A stretch of 64,000 bases of DNA from Paramoeba atlantica (lineage: Eukaryota > Protista > Discosea). The notes beneath the pieces were generated by a model that saw only the letters and a program-made list of their open reading frames with translations, did not search any database and was not told the origin of the DNA. The position numbers were made by a program, and so were the translations under genes. Position 1 is the first letter of the stretch. Every line of letters begins with the position of its first letter. This document shows positions 35,501 through 45,461 of this stretch, in pieces. The DNA lies in NCBI GenBank assembly GCA_977017575.1, contig CDRNVI010000024.1, positions 308,368 through 372,367 on the forward strand, in the 5' to 3' direction.

Positions 35501-35654
35501 GAACTTGGAAAGATAACTTCACTCCCTGGTACACAGTAGTAAACAGTCGGCTTTCTTCTAGAAAAAACGCTTCTTGATCAGACCCCAATGAAGTAGAAAC
35601 AAGAGAAAGCTCTTCCCGTAAACGGTCGTGGTCGATCTCAGAAAAGGAATCCAT
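32583..35654 (-). CDS. Multidomain protein: RWD-like, EEP phosphoesterase, 2H phosphoesterase and AEP-like domains
   Basis: VPDEYP (RWD-like); SWNV, LQE, GDFN, LDRI, SSHYAV (EEP); PRWMPHIKICHPF (2H); FRLYVDVDF and KSGYRFYF (AEP-like, weakest call). Confidence 0.75.
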   Translation of the reverse strand: MDSFSEIDHDRLREELSLVSTSLGSDQEAFFLEESRLFTTVYQGVKLSFQVPDEYPHHTISIHLDIDPHLEECYLRCNDVLSDILPGECMLFVICQTFRFSVDQHKSQIPMRPKSTQSTGKKNPFEKPLNITASNSIPLATESAQLSSGAPFADEIFMTSKDKSVENSATVSKPQSFQNIHLSRPFKTHGGYPLVESLQMLTCPQNRCLSKSSLSLLSWNVLCDLFDENNLRRSEERLPLQLKFLALSNCDIIALQEITPKFWKALSDYEPLISQYSLTYLPSDVAIGQVILSRLKISNAQVLRLSPQKHAVFIVLESQKNRTLSIANIQLISDFARESSSRRVEELAAICKTFTDGTDQILLGDFNFGDADTETTSEPLAAFLDSWKTLRGSEAGVTFDYENNPLSHLSCGPRKESRRLDRIMVRGLLIPTETQIVARTPDASGLFLSSHYAVRSVIHMEESFQPFVRPVQLDSNTAVVILPPVGTWKSIDKLRLNGDPYYPRWMPHIKICHPFISLQGEQLPVVMKALSSIAARCPPFRARLHNFDSKANFGRTTVGLKLEPLPPFEAAVHKLRELLLWAYSMCTVDHSPALLSIGQYPPEEAERVRAELFANWVPLIFEVTHLHLVYRESSHQCCNIIHSVALGALSQSSPSSVTASPLVTVPSVDNLEDFPPEPELPPPMVLETLPGTSKKAPESYWPRDGLEKWMAENTVLELARPQPTHVSQRGAMYHIPKNKLGSYLLQWESAIRHADQTPFCVEEVRSELFRLYVDVDFRSTVARKVHLQDTKFPALLLTHTAACFPNVDVTVAVTECHGKWEDRSHDTAVFKSGYRFYFQHVWVDTSAFGVFLESLAALCDELLPIPRNAPANTKWQEIVNTYTVAWPRARLLGSIKRRRHLWRRYRLLTFLASDSKDLSEFYEKRAIEHLSGVTTAQSYVSTAMETMSRLLFAVTVSSWDIDDETLEGISIYRNMWTESKTFTMEKMNQEYLHPLLEMRSRKPKDRKRETRDSSEKMSKDQNT

Positions 35655-36434
35655 GATGCGGATTAACTTTCAAAAAAGAAATAGACTATGAAAAATGGTA
35701 ATTCATCAGCACAGCAAAATCCTGTATACAAAGTGATAAAAATTCTTCATTCAAAAAATACTGATGAGTTTCGGCGTGCAATCACATCGCAAGGTCCATG
35801 CAAATATTTACAGTCTTGTAATAGTGTTCAACAACAGAACTTATTTTATAGTATGCCTAAGTGCAAACTTTGCATTGCTCTGTCAATGTATACCTAAATA
35901 CGCAATAGAAAGTTATTCTAGTGACTATGTGCGCGAAGGCTCTAGACCAAGAACGGATCGTCTCCATGCTTCTCGCTTGATATCTCGAGTTATGGACTGG
36001 TGTCTTTTTCTTTTTGTGTACTCTTCATTCCACCATACCATATAAGCAATACTAAATGCTATGATGGAGCTAATGGGCACAAGATAGTGGCCGATCGAGA
36101 AATACGGAGTGGATAGAGTACGACTTCGTTTTAAATTCCGGTGACATGAGCTCATGCGACACGAAATTCGATGAATATCAAGAGTGTGTGCTCAGACTTT
36201 CAAGCTTCATTTACATGTACTGTAGTTTTGAATCAAAGTTGATTATAGTTGTTTTGGGTGTTTCGGAGGCATAAATAATGTTAAAAGAAATAAAACCGTA
36301 TACGTCATCTGTTCGGTTAGTTTTTGGGATGTACAGAACTAAGCATAGATGCCTTAAAAAAGTCAAAACGAAAGTCTGATACGCCTTTTCATAAAGTACT
36401 CTTGCTATATAAATATCGAAACCCCAGCTTTTTC

Positions 36435-39400
36435 CTATATTCTTTCTGAACGCGTATTCAGATGTGGTGACAGCGGCGAGACCGGAGGAAATCCCACAAG
36501 CGCACATGCGGAGCATCGACAGTGCTTGTAATGTAATCGAGGTGAACTCCGAGGGGTCCCTCCGTGGTACGCAGGTCTTGAAGTACTTCGCCTCACTGAG
36601 TTACTCCGTGGCAAATGTGTCATCGATAAGGGAAGCGATTCTGAACCCGTTGGGCTGTAAGCACGAGGGGAGTCGTCCCTATATCCCGCACGAGTATTCA
36701 AATTCCGCGGAGCAGAGGAAATATTCGATGGTCTACTCTGGTAGCGTACACTGGGAGAATGCGAACGACTTCCCACGCTGCTGGAGGCAGAGGACATGTA
36801 GCGGTCGGTACTGGGTCGATGTTTAGTGCTCTCGGTTGCATCTTGTAGGTAAGGTTTCAGGCTCCGTCGAGAGTTCGATCTACGGGGGGAACAGGCTAAG
36901 GATTTTAAAAAGGATTCAAAGCCACCACCCCGGAGGATGTCGACAGGCGTGTCTGAGGCTGGGTTCAAGTCTACGATTCCTTTTGCGTGAAGCACTCGGG
37001 CAACAGTCTCGCACCGAGCCTTCCATAAGTTCAATTGAGACTGGATGGCGTGGGATTCGAACTCCTTCGTAGTCAACATGTCACGACAGGCCAGTATCTC
37101 TTGCTGAAGTGAGTCTTCACGTTTTTTACAGCGCTCCTTCAGATTTTCTACTTCATTTTCACGGAGGCTGCGAAAAGAGGTATGATCTTCAAGTATCTTT
37201 TGGATCGATTTTTCTAACGTAGCAGCGTGTTTTATGGTTTTATCCAATTTTGAAAAAGCTCCTTCCTTTATGTCAAGCATGGCAGCAAACACGGCACTAA
37301 CACGTTCACCGGACTCCGTTAAGAGAAGTTCGTGAATGGTTTCCTTTTCATGCCGCCTAAAAGAACCAACTTCAAATTGTTTTTCTAGGGTGCCACTTAC
37401 TAGATTCCATCTTTCGCCCGATAAGTCGACTATAGACTCCTGCAAGGCGGCAAAGTTGTTCAAAGCACTTGTCATATCAGTTTGAGCTACTCTGAAACTG
37501 GATGCCTCTCTAAGTTGTATTTCGTACTGACTCGTCAGTTGTGCCGCATGAGCACGCATTATCTCTGTAAAGGTAGAAAACGCGGTAATCATGATCAGAG
37601 CTCGTCTACTAGGTTCCACTGTAGAGAGTAGGTGATTGCTATACAAGAACCATTGCAATTCAGTACTATGCACACTAAAATACGTCTGAGCCACATTTAG
37701 TTGGTGGGATATCAGTATATTTCTCGCCTCTTCCTCACTAAATTGTAATCTCACCAGTTCGTTCATCTCTGTAGATAAAGAAAGTTCATCTTGAAATCGA
37801 ACAGTTGCGTTCATTGCAATATCCAACTCATCGCGAACCTCCGCTATTTCAAGTAAAAGATTGTTGCGTGATGCGTCCCGATCCTTTTTTACTTCATCTA
37901 CAGAGATCGAATGGAGCCGCTGTGTCCCCTCCAGTAAAAAATCGAAATTTGAAGCGTGCATTATCGATTGAAGTTGTTGACGTTCCTGGGATTCTTGAAA
38001 CCCTAAGTTCAGGTATGCAAGACTTTGTTTTAGATCGCAGATTTCCGATTTGTGATGATCTGTTACTTTCTTGCATTCCTCTAGAAGAGACAGAGATGGG
38101 ATGTGACCAATATTTTTCAACAAACCAATTTCCTGTGAAGCTTCGTGGCTCTCTTCCGTGGCTAAGAATGATGCTGAAATGCAAGATAATTCACGTTTGG
38201 CAAGTATTTCTCGGAAAGTCTGGGAAATTGAAGAAAACCACTTATCTTCCATACGTTCAAGATTTCTACGACTCTCCTGTTCATATTCTAATGTTAGAAT
38301 GATTTCCTTGTAGTGAGCTTCAAGACAACTGCGCAATTGTGTTGTTATGGGTGACATACTGATGAATGTGTGGTGCTGATCAGTTAACTGAGCTCGAGGT
38401 GGAGACTCTATAGAATTTGTGTCAGTTGGTACATTAAAGGGCTCCGCGCCTCCCAAAGGAAGACTCCATCGCATATTATCACCTTCAAAAGTGGTTTCAA
38501 GCCTCAGTTCCTCAGACTGAGTTTCTTGATGTAGATTTCCTCCTTTGGCATACTCCGGAGGAAAACTATACACAGAGTCTGTAGACACATAAGTAAGTGA
38601 AGTGTCGATGGATAGATCTGACACCACAGACGTCGGAGGCTCCGAGGGAAGATTAGTGTGGATTAATTCACCCCGTATACTGTCTATTGCGTGGCTCATA
38701 CGTTCTCTTAGTAAACCGAACCAATGATCGTCATTCGGGGCACGCTGTGCAGTATGCGAATGTTCGCCACGCTCCCGTAACGATTGAAGTTCCAACGTAA
38801 CCTTTTGCACTTCTATCTGTTTCTCCGATAGCTCGCTTTGGAGCTCATCAACCGTATATTTTGCTGCCTCTAACTCACTCTCCGTCGCTTCCAGCTGTCG
38901 CCACAGCTTCCCATATCTCTCATGCAACTCCTCATAGGACCTTCTGTGGTCCATTGTAGAGGCTTGCACAGTTCGCGCCCGATCCTGCAGGACCCGGACC
39001 TCATGCTCGTGTACCGCTTTGAGGTTTGAGATTTGCTGTTCCAGTTTTTCCTCATATTGCAGTCGCAGAGATCTTCGTCGGGCTTGGTCTGCTGCGCTGT
39101 GTCGCTGTATGACCACTTTCCTAGCTACTGTGGCGAAATGTAACGTGCATCGGGTCTCGTCCTCATCCAGCACCTCCGGGGAAACACAACACAAGAGCAC
39201 GAATAAGGAATTTGACAAGGCGTCACGTAGAAAGTAAGTGAGCGCTGACTCACGATAGGGAACCATCGCTTGTCGCTGTGCCATACACTCCAGACATTTG
39301 GCTAAACAGCTCAGGGATTTGTTGATATTACAGCCCTCATCGAAGGTGTTGCCCGCGGAGAGGGTACGGTAGAGACGTTCGCTGCCGGCGAGATCTACAA

Positions 39401-40070
39401 TGTATAATTTTGGATAAAGTAGTTGGCCTTCTTCGGTTTGCAGCTCCACATGGAGAATGAAAACCGTGTGTGAACGACTGCTACGTCGGTTTAAGGCGTG
39501 CTCGGATAATTTTCTGTGTTTTCGTGCTTGCAGCAGTAAGTGGTGTACTTTGTGAGCCGACATGGACTCCGGTATCGGAAATGCGGTTGTGTCCGAGGCT
39601 CGAGATTTTGCAATGGAGCGATTTTCGTTTAACAAATCATAAATCCCATCCATGTAAATTTGTACGTAGGATATGGCGATGACCTTAGCACTACTGAGTA
39701 GTCCGTCTTGCATCTCTCCGAAAACGGTGGGAAGAAGCTCCTCGAGGTACGCGTCTACCGTATATGTCTTACCACTCCCTGTTTGCCCATACACGCAGAA
39801 CACGCCATGGTAGCCTTGTAAAAGATTCTCTCGAAGCATAGGCCACGAGTGCAGAAATACTTCAGAAGAAGGAGAGCCAGCGTTAAAGATTCGGTCGAAG
39901 AGGTATTTGCTCTCTGACTTCGTGCTGTGTGCGGATGACATCATGGGTATTTCCTTTACAATGCGTAACTTTGTGTGCGTAGCGTCAATGTCAAGTGGTA
40001 TGGTCGGCTCATCCGGGGCCAATAGTGGAGGTCGTACGCGAATGCACGTATACACTCGAGCGCTAGCCAT
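36435..40070 (-). CDS. N-terminal-motor kinesin with coiled-coil stalk and Ser/Arg-rich tail
   Basis: YGQTGSGKT, NRRSSRSH, VDLAGSER, INKSL and VPYRES motifs. Confidence 0.93.
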   Translation of the reverse strand: MASARVYTCIRVRPPLLAPDEPTIPLDIDATHTKLRIVKEIPMMSSAHSTKSESKYLFDRIFNAGSPSSEVFLHSWPMLRENLLQGYHGVFCVYGQTGSGKTYTVDAYLEELLPTVFGEMQDGLLSSAKVIAISYVQIYMDGIYDLLNENRSIAKSRASDTTAFPIPESMSAHKVHHLLLQARKHRKLSEHALNRRSSRSHTVFILHVELQTEEGQLLYPKLYIVDLAGSERLYRTLSAGNTFDEGCNINKSLSCLAKCLECMAQRQAMVPYRESALTYFLRDALSNSLFVLLCCVSPEVLDEDETRCTLHFATVARKVVIQRHSAADQARRRSLRLQYEEKLEQQISNLKAVHEHEVRVLQDRARTVQASTMDHRRSYEELHERYGKLWRQLEATESELEAAKYTVDELQSELSEKQIEVQKVTLELQSLRERGEHSHTAQRAPNDDHWFGLLRERMSHAIDSIRGELIHTNLPSEPPTSVVSDLSIDTSLTYVSTDSVYSFPPEYAKGGNLHQETQSEELRLETTFEGDNMRWSLPLGGAEPFNVPTDTNSIESPPRAQLTDQHHTFISMSPITTQLRSCLEAHYKEIILTLEYEQESRRNLERMEDKWFSSISQTFREILAKRELSCISASFLATEESHEASQEIGLLKNIGHIPSLSLLEECKKVTDHHKSEICDLKQSLAYLNLGFQESQERQQLQSIMHASNFDFLLEGTQRLHSISVDEVKKDRDASRNNLLLEIAEVRDELDIAMNATVRFQDELSLSTEMNELVRLQFSEEEARNILISHQLNVAQTYFSVHSTELQWFLYSNHLLSTVEPSRRALIMITAFSTFTEIMRAHAAQLTSQYEIQLREASSFRVAQTDMTSALNNFAALQESIVDLSGERWNLVSGTLEKQFEVGSFRRHEKETIHELLLTESGERVSAVFAAMLDIKEGAFSKLDKTIKHAATLEKSIQKILEDHTSFRSLRENEVENLKERCKKREDSLQQEILACRDMLTTKEFESHAIQSQLNLWKARCETVARVLHAKGIVDLNPASDTPVDILRGGGFESFLKSLACSPRRSNSRRSLKPYLQDATESTKHRPSTDRYMSSASSSVGSRSHSPSVRYQSRPSNISSAPRNLNTRAGYRDDSPRAYSPTGSESLPLSMTHLPRSNSVRRSTSRPAYHGGTPRSSPRLHYKHCRCSACALVGFPPVSPLSPHLNTRSERI

Positions 40071-40422
40071 TTAGGGTGTTGCTTATTATATTTGATACCT
40101 ATTACACTACGTTGTTAAAGGGATTCGATATTGTAGAAAAATTAGAAACGAACTCATTTTCCCACGATTACGATGAAACATGTATTCACTTAAAAATGTT
40201 TTAAAATTAGTACTAGAAGTCAGTAGTAGTATTTCAAATCACAAGTATCATTATTTGACGCACAAGACATGATTTCAAAATCAGAATAACGTCGTACGAA
40301 GGTTTTTTTAATTAGCTATATTGTTAATGTGTTTCGAGCGGAGCGCTTCATGAAAGGAACGTTCTTGTTAGTAGACGACGAAAATGAAGTACCTTAAGCT
40401 TCTATACGTTATTCTGTACGTG

Positions 40423-42951
40423 TCACTTACTGATCGTTATGGCGTCATTCTTCGCAAAAGTACATGCGATCTCGCTTAATTTATGTTGCATTTCATCAAT
40501 ACCATAGCAGCCATGACGGACATTATCACGTGTTCGCACATTCACCGTACGATTCGCCTCTTCTTGTGCCCCAACGACAAAGATAAAATTATACTGCGCC
40601 ATTTGTCCGTTTCGTATCTTCTTTTCCATCTTTATCTCGCTGAGGTCCACATCGGCATGGAACTCCGCATGGAAGATGTCCTTTATCTCCTGCGCGTACG
40701 TATAGGTCGCATTGGACACCGGAACCACTAAAATTTGACGTGGGCTAATCCAAAAGGGCCATTTGCCGCGATAGTGTTCGGCAAGAATTGCCACACAACG
40801 TTCCAGGGAGCCGAATATGGCGCGATGAATCATGACGGGGCGTTTGTGTGACGCATCCAGTGGACGTTCCAATGAATGAGACTCCTTAACCTCTTCCTTT
40901 GTCTCTTTCGTCTCCTCTACTACTCTCGTTTCATTAGCTGGGTTTGTGGGTGTACTCATATCGGAGTTTGCCGTTTGACCTCCCTCGCCGTTTTCGTTTG
41001 AAACCACAGTATTTGGAGAGGCACACACGTAGGTAAGGTTAAAGCGCAGCGGGAGTTGAAAGTCTAACTGCAGCGTGCCCAATTGATGTTTACGCCCCAG
41101 GGCATCGGTCACGCATAAATCAATTTTAGGACCGTAAAAGGCACCATCCTCGGGGTGGAGTTCCCATGTGCGCACGACTGCTGACGTCTGTCGGTGGGCG
41201 ACCAGCTTTCGTAGCTTTCGGTGGGCGTCGGGGGTGCCATCGTATTGAAATTGTGCCCCCGACGAGTTTGGATCTGGCAGTGTCTCGGGAATCCCGCAAA
41301 ACTCGTTGAGCGCTTTTCGCAAGTGGTCTTCGCTGCGATTCCACGCCTCCACCTCACCAAGGTAGAGTTTCGGTCGTGTGGCTAAGGCCAAGGAAAATGT
41401 GAACCCCAGGATTTCGTACACGTCGCGAAGAAACGTCAGTGCGGCCCGTATTTCTTTCCCAAGTTGGCCTTCGGTACAAAAGATATGGGCGTCATCCTGC
41501 TGGAACCGTCGCACGCGGGTAAGACCGGAGAGCGCCCCGCTGATTTCATTGCGATGCAACACCCCAAAATCGGCCAAACGCATCGGAAGCTCACGATAGC
41601 TACGAGGACGCATTTTATACAATAGGCAGTGTCCGGGACAGTTCATCGGTTTCAGGGCATACGCCGCGGATTCGTTCTCGGAAGCTGCTTTGCACCCGTC
41701 ATTGCAGAAAAATAAATTCTCTTTGTACTTGTCATAGTGCCCGCTGATTTGCCATAATTTTGTGTGGTACATGTTTGGGGTAATCACCTCTTCAAACCCA
41801 CGGCGTCGGTACTGTTTGCGCATAAAATCGACGAGAGCAAGGTAGATGCGTGCGCCGTAGGGGTGCCAAAAGGTGGAACCTGGGCTGAGGTCGGAGTTCC
41901 AGTTCCATAGTTCTTGCTTCTTTCCCAGCACGCGGTGGTCGTATAACGCGGCATCAGCGACCCGTGCCTTCCATTCCTTCATAAGGGACTCTTTCGGAAA
42001 TGACATGGCATAGACACGCTGCAGGGAAGCGTTCTCGACGTTGCCCTGGAAATAACTAGAGCTGTTTTTGGTGACACAGAACGAACGAACGCGGCCAGTG
42101 TGAGGTAGATGGGGTCCTCGACACGGGTCAATAAGATTTCCACAACGATACACCACGCAGTGAGCACCGTCTTGTACTTTACTTGAGAGAATGGTACTTT
42201 TGAAGGGGTTGTAACCAAACATTGCGATGGCGTTTTCCTTTGTAAGCACGAGGCGCTGAAAAGGGTGCGTCCCTTGAACGATCGCACGTACCGACTTTTC
42301 CAGACTGGGATAGTCCTGGTCCGTAATGGGTCGTTTCACGTCGCCTTCGTAAAAGAATCCGCCCTCGGCAAGCGGTGGGCCTACGCTTAGCTTACACTCA
42401 AGCACTTGTTCCAATGCATAGCCCAGAACGTGGGCAGAACTGTGCCAAAACACGTACTGTGCCTCACTCCCGGATTCCCAGTCCAGAAGTTCCACCGTGC
42501 AGTCCCGCTCCAGCGGACGGGTGAGGTCCCATACAGCGTCGTCGACTTTGGCAACAATAAAATTCTCGGTCGCCTTTTTAAGGGCGCTACGAGGCACACG
42601 GTCTTTGTAATACTCCAACAAATCGAATGGGGTGGTGCAATAGGCAGTCCCAGTTAACTGTACTACATGAGGCATGTCCTGTTCAGACTCATTGCCTGTT
42701 TCTGTGAACGATACGCCAACCAATTCAACCGTAATGGGACGTTCTTTCTGCTTGTATTCGAGTTCTTGCTTGGCAAACAACGTTTCGAAAAGTTCCAGTC
42801 GTGGAGACCAAAAGGTGGGGCCTTTGGATGAATCCATTGTTTTGGTGTGGATATTCGTGTTTTCATGCTGCTCACGGGTTTCAACATCGTCTTTGTGATC
42901 AACTTTTATCTTATTCATGGCTTCGGTTACTTTGTCTGAGTTTGGTGGCAT
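40423..42951 (-). CDS. TARS: Threonyl-tRNA synthetase (eukaryotic type)
   Basis: TGS domain, WHSSAH, CRGPH, KPMNCPGHC, RLADFG.LHRNE, QLDFQLP, HRAIFGSLER. First ATG is at 42951; the frame stays open upstream past 43065. Confidence 0.96.
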   Translation of the reverse strand: MPPNSDKVTEAMNKIKVDHKDDVETREQHENTNIHTKTMDSSKGPTFWSPRLELFETLFAKQELEYKQKERPITVELVGVSFTETGNESEQDMPHVVQLTGTAYCTTPFDLLEYYKDRVPRSALKKATENFIVAKVDDAVWDLTRPLERDCTVELLDWESGSEAQYVFWHSSAHVLGYALEQVLECKLSVGPPLAEGGFFYEGDVKRPITDQDYPSLEKSVRAIVQGTHPFQRLVLTKENAIAMFGYNPFKSTILSSKVQDGAHCVVYRCGNLIDPCRGPHLPHTGRVRSFCVTKNSSSYFQGNVENASLQRVYAMSFPKESLMKEWKARVADAALYDHRVLGKKQELWNWNSDLSPGSTFWHPYGARIYLALVDFMRKQYRRRGFEEVITPNMYHTKLWQISGHYDKYKENLFFCNDGCKAASENESAAYALKPMNCPGHCLLYKMRPRSYRELPMRLADFGVLHRNEISGALSGLTRVRRFQQDDAHIFCTEGQLGKEIRAALTFLRDVYEILGFTFSLALATRPKLYLGEVEAWNRSEDHLRKALNEFCGIPETLPDPNSSGAQFQYDGTPDAHRKLRKLVAHRQTSAVVRTWELHPEDGAFYGPKIDLCVTDALGRKHQLGTLQLDFQLPLRFNLTYVCASPNTVVSNENGEGGQTANSDMSTPTNPANETRVVEETKETKEEVKESHSLERPLDASHKRPVMIHRAIFGSLERCVAILAEHYRGKWPFWISPRQILVVPVSNATYTYAQEIKDIFHAEFHADVDLSEIKMEKKIRNGQMAQYNFIFVVGAQEEANRTVNVRTRDNVRHGCYGIDEMQHKLSEIACTFAKNDAITISK

Positions 42952-43318
42952 CAACTCTTTGACAGGGTGTAGCAGAGGGCGTGATAAAAAGCGCCAAAGT
43001 TGGCGTCTCGTTGTTGAGAGAATATTTAAAAAGTTTCTTCGTGTTAATAAACAACAATTACGCAAAACACACCTTATGACGCTTTTACATCTTTTGGCTT
43101 ATCGCACAGCTTATTTTTGTACAAGAAGCCGCTTCCTTGACTCGAAACCCTCTTGTGTGCTTCGCATAGAATACCTTTTGCAAAAAAAAAGGAAAATGGA
43201 TTTAATACTATACATGCCCCAAAGCATTTCTATCTATCATTAAAAAGGGAAAGTAATTCTGAATATTCCACACGGGGAAGCTGAACACTCCCCTTGATCT
43301 CCCTCCCTTTCTTCCACT

Positions 43319-44905
43319 CTACTCCCACACCAAACTCAAAAAAGGTCGAAACCGAAGTTCGCCCCACGAGGGTGTTTTCGCATAGTTTACCCTCGCATTC
43401 GATGCACCACTCCCGGTAGTGCACTCCTTTCCTCCGATCACCACACCAAAGGTACATGTACCCTGCGGGGAGCGTTCCCACATCTCCCACGTCCACTGGG
43501 CCAGGGAACACCCATAGCGGTAGACATACCGATGGCACAGTGACCCCAGCTGTAGGACGGACGCCGGGACGTATTGCCCCATTTCTTTATACACCAGATA
43601 GGAGCTTCCCTCCTCTGCGTATTGCGCAATGCGGTGGTGCATTTCGGTTTCTCGCAGCCACTGGTGGGTGTGCGTGCAGACCGAGACAAAGGACTGGATA
43701 TCCGTCTCACAACCCAGCGCGAGTTGACCCCCGGAGTAGGAACCGTGCAAGGCATGAATTGAGGGGGTGGACGATTTGGTTTTTTGATTGGTATTCTCTT
43801 GATTCGCAAAAGACTCGGCTCGTTTTGTTCTGTCGGATCCCGACCACGATGTTTGGTGCGAAGTCACATTCCATTGATACTTTCCCCCGAACTCCAGTAA
43901 AGTGCCTTGGTGGGTAATCGCATTTCCACGAATGCGTAGGGCAAGCTGCACCTTCTCTGACGGTTTGTAAAATAGTGCACTATTCCATCGACGTAACGCA
44001 TCGCCGTATATGGAGAGCGACACATTGTTTTGAAACGTCACCCCGAATCCGGCAAACAGATTCACTCCATTTTCCAAATCTCGTGTGGACATTAAAGAGA
44101 TCATTGAGCGGTAGCGAAAAGGGCTTTCCGCGGGGAGAATCTCTGGCAGGGATTTTGAGGACACAGCGGTACGAATCGCACGATCCTGCGGGCTGGAACG
44201 CCACAGGGAGGAGTCGAATCCAGGAGGTACATGCTTCTTCCGTACCGCAGTCTCCTCCGTATTCGAACGTGCACCGTAGGTTACAATATACAACGCCCGG
44301 TCGATGTACAGCTGAATATTCTCTGTGGGGAAGAATTCCAAAACATACCCAAAACTGTTCGAGTCCTCACTTCCTGTCGTGGTTGTACTCGTCTTACTTG
44401 AGGGAGCCTCATGTTGCCCGTTTTGGTTCTCCGAACCCTCTGCCACGTTTTCAGCTCTGTGCAGACTCTCTCCATGGATCACGGGTGGGGCAATCTCGGA
44501 GGGGTACATCACCATGGCTTTGGCGCCTGTGCCCCATCGAGTTTCGATCTTTGTCCCGAATTGACGCAACCCGGCAGCAAACAACCGAACCCGAATGTCA
44601 TCGGGGAGCGCTGCGGCGTAATAAGAATTCGGAAGACGGCTCCAGGGCATATTGCGTAGCATCGGGTCCGGGGCGACATATTTAGAGGTTGCGGCCTTGC
44701 AAACCGCCAGGAGCTGGGCGAGCGAGGCTCGAAGCGCCTCGGACTGGGACAGGGAGGGGGAGGGGAGGAGTCGCTCCAGGACGAGCCGCCCGTGAGGATT
44801 CCAAGGCTCCCGTTCGTAAGGGGTGCGACTGGCGGCTTGGTGATGCCAGTCAAGGATGGAGCTCGCGTCGAGGGCGATGCAACGTTCCGAGGTGAAGTGC
44901 GACAA
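43319..44905 (-). CDS. Hypothetical 528-aa protein, C-terminal half beta-strand-like
   Basis: Long ORF on the host strand with alternating hydrophobic/polar segments. The TTG start may be an ATG with an extra T (CCCCATTGTCG). Confidence 0.7.
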   Translation of the reverse strand: MSHFTSERCIALDASSILDWHHQAASRTPYEREPWNPHGRLVLERLLPSPSLSQSEALRASLAQLLAVCKAATSKYVAPDPMLRNMPWSRLPNSYYAAALPDDIRVRLFAAGLRQFGTKIETRWGTGAKAMVMYPSEIAPPVIHGESLHRAENVAEGSENQNGQHEAPSSKTSTTTTGSEDSNSFGYVLEFFPTENIQLYIDRALYIVTYGARSNTEETAVRKKHVPPGFDSSLWRSSPQDRAIRTAVSSKSLPEILPAESPFRYRSMISLMSTRDLENGVNLFAGFGVTFQNNVSLSIYGDALRRWNSALFYKPSEKVQLALRIRGNAITHQGTLLEFGGKYQWNVTSHQTSWSGSDRTKRAESFANQENTNQKTKSSTPSIHALHGSYSGGQLALGCETDIQSFVSVCTHTHQWLRETEMHHRIAQYAEEGSSYLVYKEMGQYVPASVLQLGSLCHRYVYRYGCSLAQWTWEMWERSPQGTCTFGVVIGGKECTTGSGASNARVNYAKTPSWGELRFRPFLSLVWE

Positions 44906-45461
44906 TGGGGTAGAGAGGGAGGGAAGAAAAAGGAAGGTGAGATAGGTTCTGGTGTGGTAGTTTTTTAGATCGTATCCTACAGTCGTACACTTTCTTTCTA
45001 GTTAACCGGTCTAATAGATGAGAACATATTTTTGAGAGTAAATTTGAGAGACAAAAATGATAGACGGAAGAGGGAGGCCTCTGTTCTTTGCAAAAACTAT
45101 ACAGATAGAGGTGCTGAGATAAAAGTACAAGAGAATCTATCCTGTACAAGAGAATCTGTGACTTGCCTGTCCCATTTTTGAGAGCGCGGAGACAAAAGCC
45201 ACTCATTGAAATGATTTTTTTGATCAATCTCTAGCCCCTCTCAAGGGCACTTGTACGTCAACCAATAAGGCTTATCAAGATTCATGCAGCACAGCACAAC
45301 TACTGTCCGGTAGAATGGGAGCTCTTCTTCTGAATTTTTTGCATGAACCTTATACGTTTGCATGAACCTTGTACGTGTTTCCTAATACGTCTTGCAAGGA
45401 ACCTTGTACGTATTTCAGGAAATAAGACAATGCTCATGAGCATCACAGTAACTAATGCGGC

